This document shows, piece after piece, positions 8,018-17,884 of a DNA stretch of 32,000 bases. Source of the stretch: Xanthomonas campestris pv. campestris str. ATCC 33913 (GTDB taxonomy: Bacteria; Pseudomonadota; Gammaproteobacteria; Xanthomonadales; Xanthomonadaceae); NCBI RefSeq assembly GCF_000007145.1, contig NC_003902.1, positions 1,267,436-1,299,435 of the forward strand, given 5' to 3'. The position numbers were made by a program, and so were the translations under genes. Under the pieces are notes generated by a model. That model was not told the origin of the DNA. It saw only the letters and a program-made list of their open reading frames with translations, and ran no database searches. Position 1 is the stretch's first letter, and every line of letters begins with the position of its first letter.

Positions 8018-8035
8018 GGTGTACAAATGTACACC
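8018..8035. promoter_or_regulatory. Palindromic operator, candidate LexA2 box
   Basis: GGTGTACA-AA-TGTACACC has perfect 8-bp arms and ends 23 nt before the lexA ATG (8059). The core reads GTAC-N4-GTAC. Confidence 0.6.
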
Positions 8036-8058
8036 TTGTTCCGTGGCTGGTCTTCCCG

Positions 8059-8664
8059 ATGGATAGTCTCTCTCCCAAGCGCGCCGCCGTGCTGGCGTTC
8101 CTGCAGCAGCAGGCCCAGGCCGGCCTGGCACCCAGTCTGGCCGAGATCGCGCAGGCGTTCGGGTTCGCCTCGCGCAATGCGGCGCAAAAGCATGTGCAGG
8201 CCCTGGCCGAGGCGGGGTTGATCGAGCTGGTGCCCAACCGCAAGCGCGGCATCCGCGTACCGGGCGGGGCCGGGCCGGATGCGCTGCTGGCGCTGCCCGT
8301 GCTGGGCCGGGTGGCGGCCGGTGTGCCGATCGGTGCGGACATTGGCCTGGACCGGCAGCTCTGGCTGGACCGCAGCCTGTTTGCGCTGCGGCCGGATTAC
8401 CTGCTGCAGGTGCAGGGCGATTCGATGATCGACGACGGCATCCTGGAAGGCGACCTGGTCGGCGTGCAGCGCAGCAGCGACGCGCGCAATGGCCAGATCG
8501 TGGTGGCGCGCGTGGATGGCGAGATCACCATCAAGCGGCTGGAGCGCAGCGCCGATGCCATCCGCCTGTTGCCGCGCAATCCGGCGCATGCGCCGATCGT
8601 GGTGGCCGCCGATGCCGACTTCGCGATTGAAGGCGTGTACTGCGGCCTGATCCGGCAGGGCTGA
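8059..8664 (+). CDS. lexA: LexA-family SOS repressor (cassette-associated second copy, LexA2 type)
   Basis: 201 aa. It has an N-terminal winged HTH (SLAEIAQAFGFASRNAAQKHVQALAEAGLI), an Ala-Gly cleavage site (GRVAAGVP), the catalytic Ser in GDSM and the Lys in ITIKRL. It sits directly upstream of imuA-imuB-dnaE2. Confidence 0.95.
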   Translation: MDSLSPKRAAVLAFLQQQAQAGLAPSLAEIAQAFGFASRNAAQKHVQALAEAGLIELVPNRKRGIRVPGGAGPDALLALPVLGRVAAGVPIGADIGLDRQLWLDRSLFALRPDYLLQVQGDSMIDDGILEGDLVGVQRSSDARNGQIVVARVDGEITIKRLERSADAIRLLPRNPAHAPIVVAADADFAIEGVYCGLIRQG

Positions 8665-8665
8665 G

Positions 8666-9316
8666 ATGAGCGAACCTGTCCCGCTGCGGCAACACGGCAA
8701 TGCCGCCCTGGCCATGCCGTTGGATGCCTTGCTGGCGGCGCGCACGGTCTGGCGCGCCGGCCACGGCACGGCCACCGCCAATGGCGGCGAATCCACCGGG
8801 CATGCCGCGCTGGATGCGGTACTCCCCGATGGCGGCTGGCCGCGCCGCGCGTTGACCGAGCTGCTGTTGCCTGCCCACGGCATCGGCGAAATCGCATTGC
8901 TGCTGCCCACGCTGGCGCGCATGACCGGCGCCGGCAGTCGGGTGGTGCTGGTGGCGCCGCCGTACGTGCCGTATGCGCCGGCCTGGCAGGCGGGTGGGGT
9001 GGCCTTGCAGCAGCTGGAGATCGTGCAGGCAGAACCGCGCGACGCGCTATGGGCCTTCGAACAATGCCTGCGTAGCGGCGCTTGCGCGGCGGTGCTGGGC
9101 TGGCCACAGACCGGCGATGCGCGCGCACTGCGGCGCCTGCAGGTGGCTGCGGACAGCGGCAACTGCTGCGCGTTCGCATTGCGCGATCGTCGCCATGCGG
9201 TGAATGCATCGCCGGCGGCGTTGCGGCTGGAATTTCTGCCCGAGCGCGATGCCTGGCAGGTGCGCAAATGCCGCGGCGGCCAGGTGCCGTCGCAGCCGTT
9301 GCGGTTGGCGCATTGA
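8666..9316 (+). CDS. imuA: ImuA, translesion-synthesis cassette protein (RecA/SulA-like fold)
   Basis: 216 aa. It starts 1 nt after the lexA stop. Its position between lexA and imuB, together with ...STGHAALDAVLPDGGWPRRALTELL... and ...CAAVLGWP..., is typical of ImuA. Confidence 0.85.
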   Translation: MSEPVPLRQHGNAALAMPLDALLAARTVWRAGHGTATANGGESTGHAALDAVLPDGGWPRRALTELLLPAHGIGEIALLLPTLARMTGAGSRVVLVAPPYVPYAPAWQAGGVALQQLEIVQAEPRDALWAFEQCLRSGACAAVLGWPQTGDARALRRLQVAADSGNCCAFALRDRRHAVNASPAALRLEFLPERDAWQVRKCRGGQVPSQPLRLAH

Positions 9317-9325
9317 GGGCCGCGC

Positions 9326-10744
9326 ATGTTGTGGGCCTGCATTCTGTTGCCACAGCTGGCACTGGACGATGTGCTGCGGCGTCGCGAAGACACCCAGGCA
9401 CCGTTGGCGCTGGTGGAAGGGCCAGCGCAGCTGCGCAGCCTGCATGCGGTCAACGCTGCAGCGGCAGCGGCCGGCCTGAAACCGGGCATGCGCCTGTCGG
9501 CTGCACACGCGTTGATGGCCGAGGTGCAGACCTGCGATTACGACCCGCAGGCCGAAGCGCGCTGCCAGCGCTTTCTCGCGTCCTGGGCCTACCGGCATAG
9601 CTCGCTGGTGAGTCAGCAATGGGGGCGTGCCATCGTGCTGGAGGCGGGTGCCAGCTTCCGCCTGTTCGGGCCATGGCCGCGCTTCGAGCGCCGCCTGCGT
9701 GAGGAACTGCAGGCATTGGGTTTCCAGCACCGGCTGGCCTTGGCGCCAACGCCGCGCGCCGCGCGCGTGCTGGCCGGCTTGCGCGATGGCATGGCGGTGA
9801 CCCAGCTACCCGCGCTGCAGGCCTTGCTCGACAAGGTGCCGGTGCGTCGCGCCGCGTTGCCGGGCGATGCCGGCGAACGCCTGCAGCACATGGGCGTGCG
9901 CACATTGGCGGCGTTGCGTGCGCTGCCCAGCGAAGGGGTGCGGCGGCGCTTCGGCGGCGCCTTGCTCGACCATCTCGATCGCCTTTACGGCCAGGCCGAC
10001 GACCCGCTGGAGTGCTACGCACCACCGGACCATTTCGACCAGCGCGTGGAGCTTGGCTACGAGGTGGAAACACACCCGGCGCTGCTGTTCCCGCTGCGCC
10101 GCCTGATCGGCGACCTGTGCACGTACCTGTCGATCCGCGATGGCGGGGTGCAGCGTTTTCTGCTGCGGCTGGAACACGAAGAAGGCGCCACCGATGTCGA
10201 CGTGGGCCTGCTCACGCCCGAGCGCGCGCCGGCGCTGCTGTTCGAGTTGGCGCGCAACCGCCTGGAGCGCGTGGAGATCCCACGGCCGGTGGTGGCGATG
10301 CGCCTGCTGGCCAAACAGTTGCCGCCGTTCGTGCCGGCCATGCGCGACCTGTTCGATCAACGTGCGCAGCAGTCGGTGGACTGGCCGCAGCTGCGCGAAC
10401 GCCTGCGCGCACGCCTCGGTGATGAAGCGGTGTACCGCGTGCTGCCGGCAGATGACCCGCGCCCGGAGCGCGCCTGGCAGAAGGCCATTGGCGATGACAT
10501 CCGCGAAGCCGCCGCACCACCGCGCCCACCGCGGCCGACCTGGCTGATGCCGCTCCCGGTGCCGCTGCACGACCCGCATCTGCGCATCGTTTCCGGCCCG
10601 GAACGGCTGGAAAGCGGCTGGTGGGACGATGCCGAAGCGCGCCGCGATTATTACGTGGTGGAAACCTCGCGTGGCCGGCGCGCCTGGGTGTTCGCATCGC
10701 CCGGCCGCACCGATGGCTGGATGCTGCACGGGTGGTTCGCATGA
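9326..10744 (+). CDS. imuB: ImuB, Y-family DNA polymerase-like cassette protein
   Basis: 472 aa. N-terminal MLWACILLPQLALD... as in ImuB/DinB-like proteins. Lies between imuA and dnaE2. Confidence 0.85.
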   Translation: MLWACILLPQLALDDVLRRREDTQAPLALVEGPAQLRSLHAVNAAAAAAGLKPGMRLSAAHALMAEVQTCDYDPQAEARCQRFLASWAYRHSSLVSQQWGRAIVLEAGASFRLFGPWPRFERRLREELQALGFQHRLALAPTPRAARVLAGLRDGMAVTQLPALQALLDKVPVRRAALPGDAGERLQHMGVRTLAALRALPSEGVRRRFGGALLDHLDRLYGQADDPLECYAPPDHFDQRVELGYEVETHPALLFPLRRLIGDLCTYLSIRDGGVQRFLLRLEHEEGATDVDVGLLTPERAPALLFELARNRLERVEIPRPVVAMRLLAKQLPPFVPAMRDLFDQRAQQSVDWPQLRERLRARLGDEAVYRVLPADDPRPERAWQKAIGDDIREAAAPPRPPRPTWLMPLPVPLHDPHLRIVSGPERLESGWWDDAEARRDYYVVETSRGRRAWVFASPGRTDGWMLHGWFA

Positions 10745-11042
10745 GATGGCCTGCGCCCAGATGGCGTGTGCGTAGCTGCGTCGGCAGGCGGGAAGGCACT
10801 GCAGGCCGATTCGCGCGCATCACGCCAGCCTGCGCTATCTCCCCGCAGCCAACGGCGGCCACTGCGCCGCAAACGCTTGTCCAACGGCCGGCGGCACCCA
10901 GCAGCGCACCCGCGCATGCACATCCCGAGCAGCGCCCGCAACGTGATCGCGGCCACGCCACTGCGCCATCGATGCTGCCTGGTGATCGTCTGCCACCGTG
11001 CCGGCCTGTGTGGTGGCAGCGTGGCGCCACGTGTAGCCAGCC

Positions 11043-14000
11043 ATGAGTTGGGACGATGCCATCGATGGCGTGGATCGCGACACGCCCGGCGGGCGCATGC
11101 CGCGCGGCTGGACGGTTGCCGCGCGGCTGCGTGCGGCCAACGACGACATCACCCATGCCGCAGTGGCCGACACGCTGCCGGCGTATGCCGAGCTGCACTG
11201 CCTGTCGGATTTTTCGTTCCTGCGTGGGGCCTCCAGTGCCGAGCAGCTGTTTGCGCGTGCGCACCACTGCGGCTACAGCGCGCTGGCCATCACCGACGAA
11301 TGCTCGCTGGCCGGCATCGTGCGTGGGCTGGAAGCTTCGCGCGCCACCGGCGTGCAGCTGATTGTCGGCAGCGAGTTCACCCTGGTCGATGGCACGCGCT
11401 TCGTGCTGCTGGTGGAGAACGCGCACGGCTATCCGCAGCTGTGCAGTGTGATCACCACCGGCCGGCGTGCGGCAGGCAAGGGCGCGTACCGGTTGGGGCG
11501 TGCCGAGGTGGAAGCGCACTTTCGCGATGTGGTCCCGGGCGTCTTTGCACTGTGGCTGCCTGGTGATCAACCGCAGGCCGAGCAGGGCGCGTGGCTGCAG
11601 CGCGTGTTTGCAGAGCGCGCATTCCTGGCGGTGGAACTGCATCGTGAGCAGGACGATGCCGCGCGCCTGCAGGCCCTGCAGGCGCTGGCCCAGCAGCTGG
11701 GCATGAGCGCGCTGGCCAGCGGTGATGTGCAAATGGCGCAGCGGCGCGACCGCATCGTGCAGGACACCCTGACCGCCATCCGCCACACGCTGCCATTGGC
11801 CGACTGCGGCGCGCATCTATTTCGCAATGGCGAACGGCACCTGCGCCCCCGGCGTGCGCTGGGCAACATCTATCCGCATGCGTTGTTGCAGGCGTCGGTT
11901 GAATTGGCGCAACGCTGCACCTTCGATCTTTCAAAGGTGCAGTACACCTATCCGCGCGAGTTGGTGCCACAGGGCCATACGCCGGCCAGCTATTTGCGCC
12001 AACTCACTGAAGCCGGCATGCGCGAGCGCTGGCCCGAGGGCGCGCCGGCCCAGGTGGTGGCGCAGATCGACAGCGAGCTGGAGCTGATCGCCTACAAGGG
12101 GTATGAAGCGTTTTTCCTCACCGTGCAGGATGTGGTGCGCTTCGCGCGGGCGCAGGGCATCCTGTGCCAGGGGCGTGGATCTTCGGCCAATTCGGCGGTG
12201 TGCTATGCGCTGGGCATCACCGCGGTCAACCCGAGCGAGACCCGGTTGCTGATGGCGCGGTTCCTGTCCAAGGAGCGCGACGAGCCGCCGGATATCGACG
12301 TGGACTTCGAGCACGAGCGGCGCGAAGAAGTGCTGCAATACGTCTACACCAAATATGGCCGCGAACGCGCTGCACTGGCGGCCACGGTGATCTGCTACCG
12401 CGGCAAGAGCGCGGTGCGTGATGTCGCCAAGGCGTTCGGCCTGCCGCCGGACCAGATCGCGTTGCTGGCCAATTGCTACGGGTGGGGCAATGGCGACACG
12501 CCGATGGAACAGCGCATCGCAGAAGCCGGGTTCGACCTGGCCAACCCGCTGATCAACAAGATTCTTGCAGTCACCGAGCACTTGCGCGACCACCCGCGTC
12601 ATCTGTCGCAACACGTAGGCGGATTCGTGATCTCCGACGAGCCGCTGTCGATGCTGGTGCCGGTGGAAAACGCGGCGATGGCCGATCGCACCATCATCCA
12701 GTGGGACAAGGACGATCTGGAAACCATGAAGCTGCTCAAGGTCGATTGCCTGGCCTTGGGCATGCTGACCTGCATCCGCAAGACGCTGGATCTGGTGCGC
12801 GGTCACCGCGGGCGCGATTACACCATTGCCACGCTGCCGGGCGAGGATGCCGCAACCTACAAGATGATCCAGCGTGCCGATACGGTGGGCGTGTTCCAGA
12901 TCGAATCACGTGCGCAGATGGCGATGCTGCCGCGGCTCAAGCCCCGGGAGTTCTACGACCTGGTGATCGAAGTGGCGATCGTGCGGCCCGGCCCGATCCA
13001 GGGCGACATGGTGCACCCGTATCTGCGCCGGCGGCAGGGCTATGAGCCTGTCAGTTTCCCCTCGCCAGGCGTTGAGGAAATCCTGGGCCGCACGCTGGGC
13101 ATTCCACTGTTTCAGGAGCAGGTGATGGAGCTGGTGATCCATGCCGGCTATACCGACAGCGAGGCCGACCAGCTGCGGCGGTCGATGGCGGCCTGGCGGC
13201 GCGGCGGCGACATGGAGCCGCACCGCGTACGCATCCGCGAACTGATGGCCGGGCGCGGCTACGCGCCGGAATTCATCGACCAGATCTTCGAGCAGATCAA
13301 AGGCTTCGGTTCGTACGGATTCCCGCAAAGCCACGCCGCCTCGTTCGCCAAACTGGTGTACGCCAGTTGCTGGCTCAAGCGGCACGAACCGGCGGCCTTT
13401 GCCTGCGGGCTACTCAATGCGCAGCCGATGGGGTTCTATTCGGCCAGCCAGATCGTGCAGGACGCGCGCCGCGGCAGCCCCGAGCGCCAGCGTGTGGAGG
13501 TGTTGCCGGTGGATGTGTTGCACAGCGACTGGGACAACATCCTGGTCGGCGGCCGGCCGTGGCACAGCGATGCCGATCCCGGCGAGCAGCCGGCGATCCG
13601 GCTGGGATTGCGCCAGGTGAGCGGCCTGTCCGAGAAGGTGGTCGAGCGCATCGTTGCCGCACGCGCGCAGCGGCCATTTGCCGACATCGGCGACCTGTGC
13701 CTGCGCGCGGCACTCGATGAAAAGGCGCGCCTGGCCCTGGCCGAAGCCGGCGCGTTGCAGTCGATGGTGGGCAATCGCAATGCCGCGCGCTGGGCCATGG
13801 CCGGGGTGGAGGCGCGCCGGCCGCTGCTGCCCGGCAGCCCGGCCGAACGCGCGGTGGAACTGCCTGCGCCGCGCGCCGGTGAAGAGATCCTGGCCGACTA
13901 CCGCGCGGTGGGCCTGAGCCTGCGCCAGCATCCGATGGCACTGCTGCGCCCGCAGATGCTGCAGCGGCGCATCCTGGGCCTGCGCGAGTTGCAGGCGCGC

Positions 14001-14291
14001 CGGCATGGCAGCGGCGTGCATGTGGCCGGGCTGGTCACGCAGCGGCAACGCCCGGCCACCGCCAAGGGCACCATCTTCGTCACCCTCGAAGACGAGCACG
14101 GCATGATCAACGTCATCGTCTGGTCGCACCTGGCCATGCGCCGCCGCCGCGCCTTGCTGGAATCGCGCCTGCTGGCGGTGCGCGGCCGCTGGGAACGCGT
14201 GGACGGCGTGGAGCACCTCATCGCCGGCGACCTCTACGACCTCAGCGACCTGCTCGGCGAGATGCAGCTGCCGTCGCGGGATTTTCATTGA
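11043..14291 (+). CDS. dnaE2: Error-prone DNA polymerase III alpha-like subunit DnaE2
   Basis: 1082 aa. PHP-domain opening [17 protein letters not shown], pol III alpha core ([27 protein letters not shown]) and a C-terminal OB-like region. An in-frame TAG at 11034..11036 excludes any longer N-terminus. An alternative ATG at 11097 is possible. Confidence 0.95.
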   Translation: MSWDDAIDGVDRDTPGGRMPRGWTVAARLRAANDDITHAAVADTLPAYAELHCLSDFSFLRGASSAEQLFARAHHCGYSALAITDECSLAGIVRGLEASRATGVQLIVGSEFTLVDGTRFVLLVENAHGYPQLCSVITTGRRAAGKGAYRLGRAEVEAHFRDVVPGVFALWLPGDQPQAEQGAWLQRVFAERAFLAVELHREQDDAARLQALQALAQQLGMSALASGDVQMAQRRDRIVQDTLTAIRHTLPLADCGAHLFRNGERHLRPRRALGNIYPHALLQASVELAQRCTFDLSKVQYTYPRELVPQGHTPASYLRQLTEAGMRERWPEGAPAQVVAQIDSELELIAYKGYEAFFLTVQDVVRFARAQGILCQGRGSSANSAVCYALGITAVNPSETRLLMARFLSKERDEPPDIDVDFEHERREEVLQYVYTKYGRERAALAATVICYRGKSAVRDVAKAFGLPPDQIALLANCYGWGNGDTPMEQRIAEAGFDLANPLINKILAVTEHLRDHPRHLSQHVGGFVISDEPLSMLVPVENAAMADRTIIQWDKDDLETMKLLKVDCLALGMLTCIRKTLDLVRGHRGRDYTIATLPGEDAATYKMIQRADTVGVFQIESRAQMAMLPRLKPREFYDLVIEVAIVRPGPIQGDMVHPYLRRRQGYEPVSFPSPGVEEILGRTLGIPLFQEQVMELVIHAGYTDSEADQLRRSMAAWRRGGDMEPHRVRIRELMAGRGYAPEFIDQIFEQIKGFGSYGFPQSHAASFAKLVYASCWLKRHEPAAFACGLLNAQPMGFYSASQIVQDARRGSPERQRVEVLPVDVLHSDWDNILVGGRPWHSDADPGEQPAIRLGLRQVSGLSEKVVERIVAARAQRPFADIGDLCLRAALDEKARLALAEAGALQSMVGNRNAARWAMAGVEARRPLLPGSPAERAVELPAPRAGEEILADYRAVGLSLRQHPMALLRPQMLQRRILGLRELQARRHGSGVHVAGLVTQRQRPATAKGTIFVTLEDEHGMINVIVWSHLAMRRRRALLESRLLAVRGRWERVDGVEHLIAGDLYDLSDLLGEMQLPSRDFH

Positions 14292-14545
14292 AGGCAGCGG
14301 TTTGACCTTCATGCAATGCCGCGTCAACGGGATGGAGGTTTGCGTGATGCCTTGATGCTGTCCACCACTCGCTGTGATGGCCGAAGTATTTCGCATGCCC
14401 GGGATTCAACTGGAAGACCTTTTACCGTCGCAGCTTCTCTGTGGCGGGCATTAGCCGTCTGCCGGTGCGGCAGCAGAGTAGCGATCGAAAACTACCTCAC
14501 CTCCGGCGTGAAGAATGGCATCGGCCAATGGCATACGCCGCTGGG

Positions 14546-15043
14546 TCATTCCAGTCGCAGCGGTTCGAACGCGCAGTCCTTGGCTCCGCGCGTGCACGTG
14601 TAGAACGGCTCCTGCCCGGGCGCGGGCGGTTGATCCAGCAGCCAGTAAGAAGGGTGCTTGAGAGCGACGATCAGATTGCGTTGCGTCTTAGGTGCCTCAT
14701 GATCGAAATAGGCCAGATCCACTTCTTCGCCTTGAGGCAGAGAGTAGGTGCAGTTGACCAGCACGCCTTCGCTGCGCGCCGTATCGGTGCGTCTGCCGTA
14801 GTACAGCACAGAGGCCAGATGCCGCGGCTTGCGCTTGAAAGTCTGTATCGTGCTGGACCACTCGCCACGTCCCGACCCTGCGTCGAGCGCTGCAGTGGCG
14901 CGGTAGCGTCCTGCCTCGTAGTGAACCGCTGCAGGTGCGGGGCACTGCGCGCCGTGTGCGGTGGGTTCCTGGGCGAAGACGCTGGCCGATGGCAGCGACA
15001 GCAGCATGCCAGTAAGAAGTAGCGCTGTTGGAGGACATTGCAT
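14546..15043 (-). CDS. Small secreted hypothetical protein (four cysteines)
   Basis: The track ORF extends to 15100. I prefer the ATG at 15041..15043, which gives MQCPPTALLLTGMLLSLPSASVFA|QE, a signal peptide. No family recognised. Convergent with dnaE2. Confidence 0.55.
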   Translation of the reverse strand: MQCPPTALLLTGMLLSLPSASVFAQEPTAHGAQCPAPAAVHYEAGRYRATAALDAGSGRGEWSSTIQTFKRKPRHLASVLYYGRRTDTARSEGVLVNCTYSLPQGEEVDLAYFDHEAPKTQRNLIVALKHPSYWLLDQPPAPGQEPFYTCTRGAKDCAFEPLRLE

Positions 15044-15379
15044 GGTTTGACGCCTCTGGGCACATGGCCGTGTTGTGGATTGGAAGGCAATTCCCGGCAT
15101 CGATTGCGTTGCGTGACGCCGCGCGCCAGCCTGTGTGCGTGTTACATCGACTCAGTGCGCAGCATAGTGAGCCCCGGGGCCACACCGTCCTTGGAAAACG
15201 CATCGGTGTTAACCGGGGCGAAGCGGCCTGTCATGTTGCAGCCTGTTAGGAGATCGCTGGCGCGGCGGGTCCAGCGGCCATCCGCCACAGACCGCACACT
15301 GTCACGCCGCGCCGCAGCTGGACGGAAACCGCTGCAGGCGCTAGCGTGATGCGGATTTTTTGCCTCAGGGGAATGCCCA

Positions 15380-17350
15380 ATGCGCCATGACGCGCAGCCG
15401 CGCCAGCTCACCTTCCGTGCCGTCGTGCTGGCCATCGTGCTGGCGGTGGTGTTGTCGGCCGCCAATGCCTATCTCGGCCTGTTCGCCGGGTTGACCATTG
15501 CCACCGCCATTCCGGCGGCGGTTGTCTCGATGGGCGTGCTGCGCCTGCTCGGTGGCGGCACCATCCTGGAAAACAACATCGTCCAGACCGGCGCTTCGGC
15601 CGGCTCGTCGATCGCGGCGGGGGTGATCTTCACCATCCCGGCGCTGGTGATCATGGGCTACTGGCCGGACTTCAAGTACTGGTGGGTGCTCGGCATCGCC
15701 GGCATGGGCGGCCTGCTCGGCGTGCTGTTCTCGGTGCCGTTGCGGCGCTCGATGATCGTCGAAGACCCGCTGCCGTTCCCCGAAGGCAAGGCCGCCGCCG
15801 AAGTGCTCAAGGCCGGCGAGAACCCCGGCCCGGGCCTGAAGATCCTGGCCATCTCCGGTGCCATCGGCGCGCTGGTCAAACTGGGCGCGGCCAGCGGCCT
15901 GCGCGTGATCCCCGACACCTGGGCGCAGGCCACCTACCTGGGCAGCAGCCGCCTGGTTGGCTATCTGGGCACCAACCTGTCGCCGGCCTTGCTCGGCGTG
16001 GGCTACATCGTCGGCTTGAACGTCGGCATCGTGGTGCTGTCCGGCTCGATCCTGTCCTGGCACATCGCCATCCCGCTGTACCAGCAGTTCTTCATGGGCA
16101 GCGACCCGGCGCTGGCACAGAGCCTGGTCAATGCGCCGGCAGCCGATGCCGCATTCGGTATCTGGGGCGCGAAGATCCGCTACCTCGGTGTGGGCGCAAT
16201 GCTGATCGGCGGCGTGTGGACGCTGTTCTCGCTGCGCAAGTCGCTGTTCTCCGGCATCAAGAGCGGTTTTGCCGCTGCGCGTAAAAGCGGTGGCGGCGTG
16301 GTTGCCGAAACCGAGCGCGATCTGCCGATGAAGTGGATGCTGGTGGCGCTGGTGCTGTGCACCTTGCCGCTGCTGGGCCTGTACCAGGCCATCGTGCAGC
16401 AGTGGCACGTGTCTATCCCGATGACCATCATCATGATCGTGGCCGGCTTCCTGTTCGTGTCGGTGTCCGGCTACCTGGCCGGCCTGATCGGCTCGTCCAA
16501 CAATCCGGTGTCGGGCATCACCATTTCCACCATCCTGTTCGCCTCGGCGGTGCTGGTGTTGCTGCTGGGCAAGAGCGGGCTGGTGCCGGTGGGCATCGGC
16601 GCCGCCCCGTTGGGCGCGGTGGCCGCGATCATGATCGGCGCGGTGGTGTGCTGCGCGGCGGCGGTGGGCGGCGACAACCTGCAGGATCTCAAGGCCGGTT
16701 ATCTGGTCGGCGCCACGCCGTGGAAGCAGCAGCTGATGCTGGGCATCGGTGCGTTCTCGTGCGCATTGATCATGGCGCCGGTGCTGAACCTGCTCGCCCA
16801 GGCCTACGGCATCGGCCCGGCCACGCCGCAGCATCCCAACTCGCTGGGCGCGCCGCAGGCCACCTTGATGGCTTCGGTGGCCAAAGGCCTGTTTGGCGGC
16901 CAGTTGCCGTGGAGCATGATCGCCATCGGTGCCGGCGTGGGCGCGGCCATCATTGCGCTCGACGAATGGTTGAAGAAGACCGGCAAGCGCTTCCGCGTGC
17001 CGGTCCTGGCCGCGGCGATCGGTATCTACCTGCCGCTGGAACTGATGGTGCCGATCTTCCTCGGTGGCCTGATCGCGCATCTGGTGGAGCGCTTCCACAC
17101 CATCCGCGCCGACGACGAAGACGGCCGTGACCGCGTGCATCGTCCGGGCGTGCTGTTTGCCGCCGGCCTGATCACCGGCGAAGCCTTGATGGGCATCGCC
17201 ATTGCGGTGCCGATCGTGCTGTCCAGCCGCGCCGATGTGCTGGCACTGCCGGCTGCTTTGCAACTCAATCAGTGGGTTGGCCTGGCGATCCTGGCCCTGG
17301 TGGGCTGGCTGCTCTATCGCGTCGGCAAGCACGGCGAAAGAGCCGCCTGA
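15380..17350 (+). CDS. OPT-family oligopeptide transporter (polytopic inner-membrane protein)
   Basis: 656 aa and hydrophobic throughout. N-terminal ...LTFRAVVLAIVLAVVLSAANAYLGLFAGLTIATAIPAAVVSMG...ENNIVQTGASAG... is characteristic of bacterial OPT transporters. Confidence 0.9.
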   Translation: MRHDAQPRQLTFRAVVLAIVLAVVLSAANAYLGLFAGLTIATAIPAAVVSMGVLRLLGGGTILENNIVQTGASAGSSIAAGVIFTIPALVIMGYWPDFKYWWVLGIAGMGGLLGVLFSVPLRRSMIVEDPLPFPEGKAAAEVLKAGENPGPGLKILAISGAIGALVKLGAASGLRVIPDTWAQATYLGSSRLVGYLGTNLSPALLGVGYIVGLNVGIVVLSGSILSWHIAIPLYQQFFMGSDPALAQSLVNAPAADAAFGIWGAKIRYLGVGAMLIGGVWTLFSLRKSLFSGIKSGFAAARKSGGGVVAETERDLPMKWMLVALVLCTLPLLGLYQAIVQQWHVSIPMTIIMIVAGFLFVSVSGYLAGLIGSSNNPVSGITISTILFASAVLVLLLGKSGLVPVGIGAAPLGAVAAIMIGAVVCCAAAVGGDNLQDLKAGYLVGATPWKQQLMLGIGAFSCALIMAPVLNLLAQAYGIGPATPQHPNSLGAPQATLMASVAKGLFGGQLPWSMIAIGAGVGAAIIALDEWLKKTGKRFRVPVLAAAIGIYLPLELMVPIFLGGLIAHLVERFHTIRADDEDGRDRVHRPGVLFAAGLITGEALMGIAIAVPIVLSSRADVLALPAALQLNQWVGLAILALVGWLLYRVGKHGERAA

Positions 17351-17363
17351 GTCAGCGACACAC

Positions 17364-17388
17364 ACGGCGCATGCGATGCATGCGCCGT
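17364..17388 (+). terminator. Hairpin 14 nt after the OPT stop
   Basis: ACGGCGCATGC-GAT-GCATGCGCCGT forms a perfect 11-bp stem. No T-tract follows. Confidence 0.4.
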
Positions 17389-17884
17389 CCTGGCAGGCGC
17401 GCAAGGCGACCTGCCTGCAGCGTATCCCGCTGCCCTCTGCACCATCCCAACGCACCGCCGCCGCAGACCGCATCGAGCGGCCCTGACAGCACGTCCTCGT
17501 CTGCGACCTGTCTTTGCGCCGGCTTTATGCCAGGCCCAGCGCGCATGCATAGCGCCTTTATGCCGCCGCTCCGTATCGTGCCGTCTCCCGCACGGATGTT
17601 GCGTTACGGCTGCCGCATGCCTCGATCGACCCCGCTGATCTTCGCGCCATAGGCCATCGCGCCGCCGCTGTTGCCGACAAAAACGTTAGCCCAATCACAC
17701 CGCGCCTCTTCCAATGTGCGGTTGCGGTCGCTTTTTGCCTGGCGAGCTCGACAGTTCGACAGGATCGAGCAGACGCCGCGATTCCGGCGTCGTGCAGTCG
17801 ATCCACCTCTCCACGCGCACCCCCGCCCACTCACTGCTGGTTTGTCGTGTCGCCGATCCAGCGCTCTGCCATGGAGTTACTGCA

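Noticed and set aside
7234-9489. 751-aa minus-strand ORF spanning the histone-like gene, lexA and imuA
   Set aside because: It is antisense to three strongly recognisable plus-strand genes. Its composition is R/A/S/P/C/W-rich, as is typical of shadow ORFs in high-GC DNA, and I recognised no domain motif.
10212-11816. 534-aa minus-strand ORF, and the plus-strand ORF 10766..11566 crossing the imuB-dnaE2 gap
   Set aside because: Both overlap imuB and/or dnaE2 in other frames. Their composition is R/A/P/C-rich. I found no start context or motif to support a real gene in the gap.
15365-17473. 702-aa minus-strand ORF
   Set aside because: It is an exact antisense shadow of the OPT transporter gene. 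Its sequence is low-complexity and rich in R, A, G, D, H and Q, with no recognisable family.
17604-17834. Minus-strand 76-aa ORF containing ANVFVGNSGGAMAYGAKISG, which resembles an alpha/beta-hydrolase nucleophile elbow (G-x-S-x-G); possibly a gene relic in the 534-bp OPT/OMP spacer
   Set aside because: The resemblance covers only about 20 residues. The rest of the ORF is R/C-rich noise, and there is no start/RBS context or supporting flanking motifs. That is too weak to call.
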